A DNA stretch of 64,000 nucleotides from Promethearchaeia archaeon (GTDB taxonomy: Archaea > Asgardarchaeota > Lokiarchaeia > Sigyniarchaeales > SOKP01), in contig JAWOCD010000099.1 in NCBI GenBank assembly GCA_046483985.1, positions 1-64,000 on the forward strand. Reading direction: 5' to 3'. Below the pieces are notes generated by a model. That model ran no database searches and was not told where the DNA came from. It worked only from the letters and a program-made list of their open reading frames with translations. Shown one piece after another: positions 40,837-49,322 of the stretch (position 1 is the stretch's first letter; every line of letters starts with the position of its first letter). The position numbers and the translations under genes are program-made.

Positions 40837-43797
40837 TTAGAAAAAGGTGTCCATTTTTTTAATCCCTTTAATTTCTTCGTAAGTTATGCCTAACGCATCT
40901 AACACTTGCTCCAGGGCTGAGCGCAGCAATTCTTTGTATTTCCTTACATTGAGATCCTGAATCTTAGCCAAACTAATAGCTTTCGCACCGGCTGAATCTT
41001 TACTCTTGATGAATGACACTACATCTCCCTTTTGCAATTCCTTTCCTGTCCTTCTCTTGAGATCTAAAGCCGCGCGAACATGTTGGGGAGTGGTTTTATT
41101 ATAATTGTCAAGCTTTTTGCGAAGACTAATATTTATGGCATAATCTTCTAAAGGAAAGGCGCCTTTCCTCCCAATTTTCTTTTGGCTCTTTCGAACGGTT
41201 TCAATGATATTATTCTTCGCTTTTTCAAATTCTTCCATGGTGGTGATATCCTTTAAGATTTCAATGAGCCCTTCAAATACCTTTTTTATAAAATCAGGGG
41301 TATTTTTTTTCTTGGCGAGTAAACCTTTCATGTCTACATACTGCGTGTCTTTATGGATTCCTATATAATTTTTCTTTCGATCAGATAATCCCAAGAATTG
41401 ATATATCTTCTCTTCTTCCAAATCTAAATCCAATTCTTCCTTACTCCATTGGGATAACTTTTCTAATTTTTCTTGAGAAGGGTTATGTAGGAAAACCGAA
41501 TCGCTATCGCCATATAGGACATCTATCCCCATTTCTTTTGCTTTTTCTACTGTAGATTTTATCGAATAACGACCTATTCCCGTGGTACTTTCTGCAACAG
41601 GGAGACAAAATAGAGGAAAGTTTTTAGATCCAAAAACTCCGTAGCTTCCATTAATAAACACCTTTAAAGCTTGCTGTATTGTATAATAATAACTTCTGCG
41701 CTGCTCTGGTAAACTCTCATCCTTTGATTTTGGCTTAAAATACTTTACGCGAATATCCCTAAAAAATCCGACAACATAGGCGAAGATGCCCATCTTATGC
41801 TTGCACACATGATAAGGGGTTCCCTTAATCATATTTTCGATACACTCATCATGAGGACATTGTACAGTTTCGTAAGAAAGATTATATTCTTTAATAATTG
41901 ATGGGTAAAGACTTGCAAAATCCATCACAACCACGTCAAAATAAATACCTGGTTCCGGCGGTATCACATAAGCCCCTTTAAAACCTTTTCCTTCCACTGT
42001 TGATTTGGAATATCCTCCCTTTTTAAGCTCGGATATTTCCCGCCTTAGGGGAATCAAGAAGTTCTGTTGTCGATGCTCGAAAAAGAAAATATTTTGAATC
42101 CACGAAGAGATTTGATGACGAATCATATCATGGATCGGCATTTTTGTTATCCTGCATAATAAAATAATAAGATTCCAAACCAGAGAATTGTTAAATTGGG
42201 TTAATTCCAAGGTTAAAATGGAGTCCTTCAAGTTATACCATGCGAGTGTGCCATAATTCAATTCATGGATTTCTTCTTCGTGAGAGTATTTTTCTTTGCC
42301 CAACAATGCAGAACTAATTGAATTCAAGGAACTTCGATCATAGGCCCCTCCAAATGCATATCCCGCTATACTGCGGTTAAAGAAGAAATTGAATAGATCG
42401 ATATGGATTCCTCTTCGGAGATTGCATTCTGCACGGGAAAGAAATCCGTACCCTCGTTTGACATGAATGGGATTAAGATCCCTTTCTACTTTCAATTTTG
42501 TTGCCCGATGGGATAAATAATTAAGATCAAAATTATCCCCATTAAAGGTAACAAGAATTGGATATTCCCAGATGAGGCGAAAGGTCTCCTCAATCAAGGT
42601 TTTTTCATTCTTAAAAAATATGAGTTCCGCATCTTCGGGAAACTTTTCGTGTAATTCCCCATAAGAAAAACCCTCACGTTCTAGCATAAACACCTTTTTT
42701 AGTCCATCATTAGCCACCAAGGAAACGCTGATGATTGGTTGCTTTACTTGACGAGGATTGGGAATTGCCTTTTGATTTGGACCCATCTGGACTTCTATAT
42801 CTAATGCTAATCTGTTTACTTCAGGGATCGGCGTGAGAAAGACGTCTAAGTTTGAGGTGGCAAATTCTTGCATCTCTTCCGGTGTATCCTTAAAGAGATT
42901 TGTCAATTCCGTTTCAAGCGTTTTTAAATTATTCTCATCCTCATAATACTCTAACCGTTCTAACTTTCCGTTTTTCATCGTATATATGAGACCAGGGAAT
43001 AAATTACGATCATAAATATAGTTTAGATGATAGCGAATATTTGCCTCCCAAGCGTTGCCGCTTCCCAAAATCTTCCGAATGTTGCTACGTGAGCCCCCTA
43101 TATCTGTCGGAGTCTCTCCGTAGATTTTAGTCATTTCTATATCTTTATCACGCAATAAATCAATTCGTTTTATGGCCTCAAAACGCTCAAGACCCGAGTA
43201 ATTGGTGAGTTCAATATTATTCTCTAACTGTGCTATGGATTCTTTACTAAGGCAATAAGGCTCATGGTCAGTGGTGTCTAACCAGATTTTAATCTCGCCG
43301 GTCTCTAAATCGTAAAACTTACACACTGCCTTATTTTCGCCTCCATCATAACCGACATCAAGCAATAAGCCTTTTTCCAGATCTTTAACTATATCTCCTT
43401 TTTTAATGAGATATCGGATATAACGGGAACTTATGTTTTCCCGTTTAATTTTCTTCAGATTCACTTCTTCAGCTTGGATTCCAAAAGGTGTGTCGCTCCC
43501 TTCGAAAAATAAATCCTTAGGAATTTCCTTTATATCCTTCTGGGTCTCATCTTTTTTGTCTTTTTTCTCCTCTTCCGTCTGTTTGCTTACATTCTCTCGT
43601 ACTCCCCTTTTTTTCCTCTTCACTTTTTTCTTCTCTTCTTTCTTTTTAGTTTCCTCTGGTTTTTCCGTTCTTTCCTTTTCCTTTTGCTTTTCCTTAGTTG
43701 ATTGTTTTTCTTGCTTTTTTTTCGAATCGTCTACAAAGGAGAATAGGGAACTCTGTGATTTATCTTTATTATCCTTCTTTTTAGCCATTTCATTCAC
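40837..43797 (-). CDS. polB1: Family B DNA polymerase, PolB1 type
   Basis: ExoI ALDIEV, ExoII TFNGDNFD, DFASLYPSII, QQALKVFINGSYG, YGDSDS, KKNY. Lys-rich N-terminal extension. Confidence 0.93.
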   Translation of the reverse strand: MNEMAKKKDNKDKSQSSLFSFVDDSKKKQEKQSTKEKQKEKERTEKPEETKKKEEKKKVKRKKRGVRENVSKQTEEEKKDKKDETQKDIKEIPKDLFFEGSDTPFGIQAEEVNLKKIKRENISSRYIRYLIKKGDIVKDLEKGLLLDVGYDGGENKAVCKFYDLETGEIKIWLDTTDHEPYCLSKESIAQLENNIELTNYSGLERFEAIKRIDLLRDKDIEMTKIYGETPTDIGGSRSNIRKILGSGNAWEANIRYHLNYIYDRNLFPGLIYTMKNGKLERLEYYEDENNLKTLETELTNLFKDTPEEMQEFATSNLDVFLTPIPEVNRLALDIEVQMGPNQKAIPNPRQVKQPIISVSLVANDGLKKVFMLEREGFSYGELHEKFPEDAELIFFKNEKTLIEETFRLIWEYPILVTFNGDNFDLNYLSHRATKLKVERDLNPIHVKRGYGFLSRAECNLRRGIHIDLFNFFFNRSIAGYAFGGAYDRSSLNSISSALLGKEKYSHEEEIHELNYGTLAWYNLKDSILTLELTQFNNSLVWNLIILLCRITKMPIHDMIRHQISSWIQNIFFFEHRQQNFLIPLRREISELKKGGYSKSTVEGKGFKGAYVIPPEPGIYFDVVVMDFASLYPSIIKEYNLSYETVQCPHDECIENMIKGTPYHVCKHKMGIFAYVVGFFRDIRVKYFKPKSKDESLPEQRRSYYYTIQQALKVFINGSYGVFGSKNFPLFCLPVAESTTGIGRYSIKSTVEKAKEMGIDVLYGDSDSVFLHNPSQEKLEKLSQWSKEELDLDLEEEKIYQFLGLSDRKKNYIGIHKDTQYVDMKGLLAKKKNTPDFIKKVFEGLIEILKDITTMEEFEKAKNNIIETVRKSQKKIGRKGAFPLEDYAINISLRKKLDNYNKTTPQHVRAALDLKRRTGKELQKGDVVSFIKSKDSAGAKAISLAKIQDLNVRKYKELLRSALEQVLDALGITYEEIKGIKKMDTFF

Positions 43798-44048
43798 GAA
43801 AATTAGTTCAAATTAAACTCTCTATATATATTATTTTATCTTCTATTTTAATTTCATCTATTCAGAGTTTAATATCTTTTATAGAGAATATAATTTCTAC
43901 AAATAAATAAGAGAGGGGGGAATCTATTTTTCTCAAATATTACTCATAAAATAAGATTCTACCGAAATCAATAAAACACGGGCAATTTCTAAAAGAAGAA
44001 TAATAATCTATGGGATACATATTGAAATCCAAAATTTATTAACTTTAC

Positions 44049-44272
44049 CCATAGAGTGCGAAAAAGCACCATCCTCCAGGGCGGTGGTGAATCGCACATA
44101 TATTTATAAAGGAGCGCTACTATAATGTAATTGATGGACGATAACCAAGTTCATCATATAACCGCAGGGACTGCGGGGCTGGCGTTCGGAGAGGATGTAA
44201 GATCGATGTTATCTGTGTCGGCGATTCTCGATGAATTACGAATCCATCGCCCTTCAGGGCGTGATAGTTCAA
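44049..44272 (+). mobile_element. Non-autonomous IS200/IS605 mini-element (internally deleted tnpB, intact ends)
   Basis: TTAC|left end with AAAG guide and hairpin; TATA box TATTTATAAA at 44101; vestigial TnpB C-terminus TAGTAGLAFGEDVR; right end GAAT-CCATCGCCCTTCAGGGCGTGATAGT-TCAA. Confidence 0.88.
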
Positions 44273-44292
44273 AAGCTAAGCATAAGTATAGA
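44158..44292 (+). ncRNA. Putative TnpB omegaRNA (reRNA/sotRNA-like) scaffold plus flanking guide
   Basis: Hairpin CCGCAG-GGA-CTGCGG; CGTTCGGAGAG/CTCGATGAA stem; pseudoknot TGAATT (44232-44237) with AGTTCA (44266-44271); right-end hairpin. The guide would begin AAGCTAAGCATAAG at 44273. Boundaries are approximate. Confidence 0.65.
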
Positions 44293-44318
44293 AAAAAATA
44301 TCAAAATGGCTTAAAAAA

Positions 44319-45767
44319 ATGAAAAATGGAAAAGATTTAGCTGATTTTGCGGTTAATTTTGGATCTTCGCAAGGTACAGAATATATGGAAGCACGGTTTA
44401 TAGAATCAACAGAAGAAAGCTATACTGCACGGAATGGGATGTTTTTGGGCATTTTAAATAATACTAAAAAGGGGGTAGGCATCAGGGCTTTAGTAGACGG
44501 CGGAATGGCATTTGGATCTACTGAGAAGTTAACCAAACAATCCGTCAAAAAATTAGTCAATGATATAGTCGATATGGCACGGGCAACTAGACCAAAAGAT
44601 CCCATTCATCTTTCTTCAGAATCTCCCACGGAGACTTCATGGAAGACAGAAGTTGAGCGGAAATTCGAGGATGTCACCGGAGAAGAAAAGCAGGAGTTTA
44701 TAAAACGATTAGATAAAAATCTCAAAAAAGAGGGTAGTCGAAAACTGAAAAACCGAATCGCCTTTATGTTGTTATATAAAGAAAATAAATATTTCGTGAC
44801 AAATGAAGGCTCTAAAATCGATTCAGATCATTCTTTGATTACTATGACTTTAATGAATACGGCCAAGGGAAAAGGAGGTTCAGAGCAGCGACTATTCAGT
44901 ATGGGGGGCACCGCAGGATGGGAGTGGTTAGATGATATTAATTTTATCGATCTTGCCGTAAATGATTGTAAAAATGTAATGAGGGCAGCGGAAGAAGCGG
45001 AAATTGTTAAATTCAATAATCCGATCGATATTGTCGTTAGCGGAGAGATTTCTGGAATTATGGCCCATGAAAATGTGGGGCATCCCAGTGAAGGAGATAG
45101 AATTTTAGGACGTGAAGGAGCACAAGCGGGAGAATCTTTTTATGCAGACATTTTAGACAAAAAAGAGTTGGGAGAAGCAAAAATTGGAAATGAAGAGGTG
45201 TCCGTTATCGATGATCCCACCCTTCCTGGCAGTCCGGGATTTTATCTGTTTGATGACGAAGGGGTAAAAGCCCGAAAACGCTATCTCATAAAAAATGGAA
45301 TGTTAAATGAATTGCTATTGAATAGAGAATATGCAGCAAGATTTGATACGAAGTCCACGGCGGCTGCTCGTGCCTTGAGCTACAATCGGGAACCCATCCC
45401 GCGTATGGCTAATACCTTTTTTGAGCGGGGAGATTTTACAAAAGAAGAATTAGTCGAGGATATTGATGAAGGTATATTGATGAATAGTTTTACAGAATGG
45501 AATATCGATGACCGGCGCTTTCAGAGTAAATACGTGGGATTGGAAGTATATCTTATAAAAAACGGGGAAATAACAGATACTATGGTTCGCCGCCCCATTT
45601 TAGAGTTAACTACTTATGGAATTATGGAAAGTGTCGATGCTGTCGGAAAAGATTTCTTTGCTCCAATGGGTCTCTGCGGCAAGGGAGATCCACTACAAGG
45701 AATTCCCGTATCTCTGGGAGGGCCCCATATACGATTAAGAAATATTAAAATCGGTGGGGGAAACTAA
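44319..45767 (+). CDS. tldD: TldD family metalloprotease
   Basis: GVGIRAL, HENVGHPSEGD (HExxGH), DDPT...FDDEG, PIPRMANTF, CGKGDPLQGIPVSLGGP. Confidence 0.93.
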   Translation: MKNGKDLADFAVNFGSSQGTEYMEARFIESTEESYTARNGMFLGILNNTKKGVGIRALVDGGMAFGSTEKLTKQSVKKLVNDIVDMARATRPKDPIHLSSESPTETSWKTEVERKFEDVTGEEKQEFIKRLDKNLKKEGSRKLKNRIAFMLLYKENKYFVTNEGSKIDSDHSLITMTLMNTAKGKGGSEQRLFSMGGTAGWEWLDDINFIDLAVNDCKNVMRAAEEAEIVKFNNPIDIVVSGEISGIMAHENVGHPSEGDRILGREGAQAGESFYADILDKKELGEAKIGNEEVSVIDDPTLPGSPGFYLFDDEGVKARKRYLIKNGMLNELLLNREYAARFDTKSTAAARALSYNREPIPRMANTFFERGDFTKEELVEDIDEGILMNSFTEWNIDDRRFQSKYVGLEVYLIKNGEITDTMVRRPILELTTYGIMESVDAVGKDFFAPMGLCGKGDPLQGIPVSLGGPHIRLRNIKIGGGN

Positions 45768-45768
45768 A

Positions 45769-47205
45769 ATGGATCTAAATGAGGATTTATTGGAATATAC
45801 TGTAAACGTTGCAAAAGAATATGATGCAAATGATGTGATTGCCAAATTGGTAAAGAACCAAGAATACCAGATACGGTTCTCAAATTCTCAGATCGATATT
45901 TTCAAACAATGGAATAACCATTTCTTGGAGTTGTTTATGGATTATAAAAAGTGGTACTCCCTTCGGCATAAAATTTCGGTTATATCAATTCAAAACCCCA
46001 CTAAAGAGAAGATCCAAAAACAAATTTCGCAAGGTATGGAAAAATTAAAGAATTTGCCAAAAACCCTCCTCTATTGGGGAATGGATAAACGTGACCATTC
46101 ATATAAAAAAATGGACAATCTACATGACTCTCGGATTACGACTTTTTCCGAAAAAGCACCCTCCTTAGCACAATCCGCGATTAATAGTGCAATGGAGCAA
46201 GGCGCAAAAAAGGTTGCGGGAGTTTTATACTTTGGGGATCAAAAAACGGGAGTTTTGACGGGATATAACAATGGTGGAACATATGATAACTCCTATTACC
46301 GGTTAACTATCCGTTCCTTCCTCGGACCTGAAAGCAGCGGACAGGATGTAGTTGTGGGCAGAGATTTATCCGAAATAGAACAAAAATTTAGAAAAGCAGG
46401 AAAAAATTCTGGTAAATTGGCAAAGATGGCTGAGAACGGCGTGCAGGGAAAGCCCGGTATCTATGACTTAATTCTAAGCCCCATGGTGGGTGCGAATATC
46501 TTTAATCATCTTTTAAACGGCGCTAACCCTGTTTATATTATCGCGGGGATGAGCTGTTTAAAGGGAAAAATGAACCAAAAAATCGGGCCCAACAATTTGA
46601 CAGTACACGACGATGCAACTATCCCCGAAGGGTTAAATAGTAGACCATTTGATTTTGAAGGAACACCCTCTCAATCAACTCCCCTAATTAAGAAGGGAAA
46701 ACTGGTAGGGCTAATTCAAAATACCAGCTCGGCAAAAATTTGGAGATTATTATACATCCTTCGGCTGCGATTCTGGAAGAAATTTAAAACCACTGGAAAC
46801 TCCTACTTGGGAGGAGTGCTTGATGAATCGCTGGGTCCTCGATTATTAGCCCCCATTCCGAGTAATTATGTATATAGCCCAGGTGACTCTACCTTAGATG
46901 AACTGATCGAAGATTCACAAAAGTCCACTATCTATGTCACCTCTAATTGGTATACCCGGTTTACTAACTACACAGAAGGGAATTTTTCTACGATCCCCCG
47001 AGATGGAATGTTTCTAATCAAAGACGGAGAGATAAAAAAACCAATAAGAAAGTTACGGATAACCGAGGATTTATTAGGAATGTGTAATCGAATAGCAAGC
47101 ATTGGAAAGAAACCGAGGCAAATAAAATGGTGGGAAGTAGATACACCAACCTTTATTCCGAATATAAAAGTAAAGGATTGTCATCTTACTGCGGCAACCC
47201 AATGA
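45769..47205 (+). CDS. tldE: TldE/PmbA family protein
   Basis: IRFSNSQI, SRPFDFEGTP, TTGNS, NWYTRFTNY..GNFSTIPRDG; no HExxxH; ATG 1 nt after the tldD stop. Confidence 0.88.
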   Translation: MDLNEDLLEYTVNVAKEYDANDVIAKLVKNQEYQIRFSNSQIDIFKQWNNHFLELFMDYKKWYSLRHKISVISIQNPTKEKIQKQISQGMEKLKNLPKTLLYWGMDKRDHSYKKMDNLHDSRITTFSEKAPSLAQSAINSAMEQGAKKVAGVLYFGDQKTGVLTGYNNGGTYDNSYYRLTIRSFLGPESSGQDVVVGRDLSEIEQKFRKAGKNSGKLAKMAENGVQGKPGIYDLILSPMVGANIFNHLLNGANPVYIIAGMSCLKGKMNQKIGPNNLTVHDDATIPEGLNSRPFDFEGTPSQSTPLIKKGKLVGLIQNTSSAKIWRLLYILRLRFWKKFKTTGNSYLGGVLDESLGPRLLAPIPSNYVYSPGDSTLDELIEDSQKSTIYVTSNWYTRFTNYTEGNFSTIPRDGMFLIKDGEIKKPIRKLRITEDLLGMCNRIASIGKKPRQIKWWEVDTPTFIPNIKVKDCHLTAATQ

Positions 47206-47221
47206 AAAAGGAGAAATACCC

Positions 47222-47578
47222 TTATTCTTTATTATTTTTTTCCATAAGATTTCTTATTTCTTCAAGGAGCAATGTTTTCTCGGCGATAAACCAGTGAAGT
47301 TTTGATTTTTCCGGGTGGGAGTCATAAATTATTTCACTCATCTCTTCAACTTCTTCTTTTGACGGTTCTATCAACTTTCCATTAATATTTTCATTTAAGA
47401 GTAGCACTAAGTTATCAGTTTCTAATGGCTCGATGGAGTCTCCCTTCCTTATATTTTTATTAATAGTACAGACTAATTCTGCCAGATACCAAACAGATTT
47501 CTCATAAGATTCTCCAGATTTATACCGGCGATATGCTAATATCTCGATATCTTCTTTAGTGAACGGCATCGTAATCAA
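47222..47578 (-). CDS. Small protein with two DUF2934-like repeats
   Basis: KEDIEILAYRRYKSGESYEKSVWYLAE and KEEVEEMSEIIYDSHPEKSKLHWFIAE. Likely ATG at 47569. Confidence 0.7.
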   Translation of the reverse strand: MITMPFTKEDIEILAYRRYKSGESYEKSVWYLAELVCTINKNIRKGDSIEPLETDNLVLLLNENINGKLIEPSKEEVEEMSEIIYDSHPEKSKLHWFIAEKTLLLEEIRNLMEKNNKE

Positions 47579-47751
47579 TACAGCGTGAAAAAAGATTTTT
47601 TTGTTACAGTATCTAAAAAGATAAATTGTCTTTTAACAATTTTGATTTAAATAGAGTATTTCAAATAATCCCGAAAGACCACAAAATTAAAAATTAACTA
47701 AAAATTATAATAAGTTATATCCTTATTCTTGGATAGCATCACAACACTAAT

Positions 47752-47856
47752 GCCTCTGTGGCTTAGCGGTATAACAGCGTTTAAGATATAGATGCTGGGC
47801 TAAGCGGCTGATTTGTAATCAGCAGGGCGGGGGTTCAAATCCCCTCAGGGGCTCCA
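47752..47856 (+). tRNA. tRNA-Thr(UGU) with an about 30-nt non-canonical intron in the D arm; CCA is encoded
   Basis: Acceptor GCCTCTG/CAGGGGC-T-CCA; anticodon arm GCTGA-TTTGTAA-TCAGC; T arm GGGGG-TTCAAAT-CCCCT; extra hairpin CAGCGTTTA/TAGATGCTG at about 47774-47803. Confidence 0.93.
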
Positions 47857-47983
47857 TTTCTATTCCTTACCTTGTATTTTATAGATCTCATAATCTGAGA
47901 TATTTTTGCTCAAAGAAAGTATATGATAAAATATTATAAATAAAGCAAATCATTTTAAGACTAGAAAAAAGTCATAATAAACA

Positions 47984-49315
47984 ATGCCAGACTTTAAAAA
48001 AAAGGAGTTTAGTAAATCATATACTTTTATCTTTTGTTTTTTCTATTTAATCCAAGGGCTCTACAACGGACTACAGTACATTGTTTTACCGATTTGGCTG
48101 ATCGGGATTGTGGAAACCGTGGAACTAAGTGCCATCATAGGGATCTTTGCTATTACGTCAATGCCTTGGTCTGTAAAGTTTTTAATTGGATTAATCAATG
48201 ATAAATACGGAAGTAAAAAATTTGGTCGGAGATTTCCATGGATATTTTGTTTTGGTATTTTCGCCGGAATTGCATTCATCCTCACTGGAATGGGAATTCC
48301 TCTACAGCCAAAAGGTTTAGTTATAACTTTTACCGTTCTCGGAGCGCTTTTCTGGAATATCGGTATTGCGGTGGCGGATACTGCATTAGATGGTCTCATT
48401 TTGGATGTGACCCCAAAGGAACAACTTGGAGAAGTCCAAGGCTATACGTGGGCGTTAAATATGTTCGGAAGTGGTGCAGGTGGAATTATTCTCGGAGCAA
48501 TCTTTTTTTTAATAGATGGAGTTCCAGTTTTGTTTATGTTGGAAGGTATTTTACTCATTATCAGCTGTACCCTACCTTACTATATAAAAGAGTCAGAAGT
48601 GCAAGAGGATATTAAGGTATGGAAGGATTTAAAAAATATTCTCAGTAAAAAAAAGAACTGGAAAGTCTTTCTGTTTACCTTGCTCGATAACATTCCGTAT
48701 AACATTCTCACTGTTGCCTATGGATTACTGGTCCTAATCTATATGCCAAATAGCCCAATCTCAGCAGAAGTCACCACCATTCAATTAATGGGAGAGAGTT
48801 TGGAGCTTTTTATCTTTTATAGTATATTAGGAGCGATTAACGGGGTAGGGATTATTTTAGGGAGCGTTATTGGAGGAAAGTTAGCGGATAAGCGACGTAA
48901 ATTGGCTGTCTATGTTGGAAATTTAATATATATTCCGTTCTTTCTCATTAGCACACTCTTCATCGGAAATATCCTCTTGGGACTGATGATGATGATTATA
49001 TTAGGTGCGGGACAAGGAGCAGTGAAGGCGGCATATCAATCAGTACGGGGAGATATTGCAAAAAAATATCCTACACTAAAGGCTACCTATTATGCGCTGC
49101 TGATCTCCTTTTTAAATGGAGGAGCAGTGGTCGGTATGGGAATCACGGCCATTTTATTACCTATTTTTGCCGGCCTATTTACCGAATTTGTATTCATTTA
49201 TTTCTGTATTATGATTGTCATGACTTTATTCCAAACTAGCTCCTTTCTTGTGTTTAATACCATCAAAGAGGAGGAATATGAATTTGAACATTACTTAATC
49301 CAAAGCGAGTTATAA
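47984..49315 (+). CDS. MFS transporter (AmpG/BT1-like)
   Basis: FYLIQGL, PWSVKFLIGLINDKYG..KFGRRFPW, ADTALDGLILD, GGKLADKRRK; about 12 TM segments. Confidence 0.88.
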   Translation: MPDFKKKEFSKSYTFIFCFFYLIQGLYNGLQYIVLPIWLIGIVETVELSAIIGIFAITSMPWSVKFLIGLINDKYGSKKFGRRFPWIFCFGIFAGIAFILTGMGIPLQPKGLVITFTVLGALFWNIGIAVADTALDGLILDVTPKEQLGEVQGYTWALNMFGSGAGGIILGAIFFLIDGVPVLFMLEGILLIISCTLPYYIKESEVQEDIKVWKDLKNILSKKKNWKVFLFTLLDNIPYNILTVAYGLLVLIYMPNSPISAEVTTIQLMGESLELFIFYSILGAINGVGIILGSVIGGKLADKRRKLAVYVGNLIYIPFFLISTLFIGNILLGLMMMIILGAGQGAVKAAYQSVRGDIAKKYPTLKATYYALLISFLNGGAVVGMGITAILLPIFAGLFTEFVFIYFCIMIVMTLFQTSSFLVFNTIKEEEYEFEHYLIQSEL

Positions 49316-49322
49316 AATAAGA

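Noticed and set aside
44131-44322. 63-aa ORF as an independent protein-coding gene
   Set aside because: It is the vestige of a deleted tnpB running through the omegaRNA and right end; reported as part of the mobile element.
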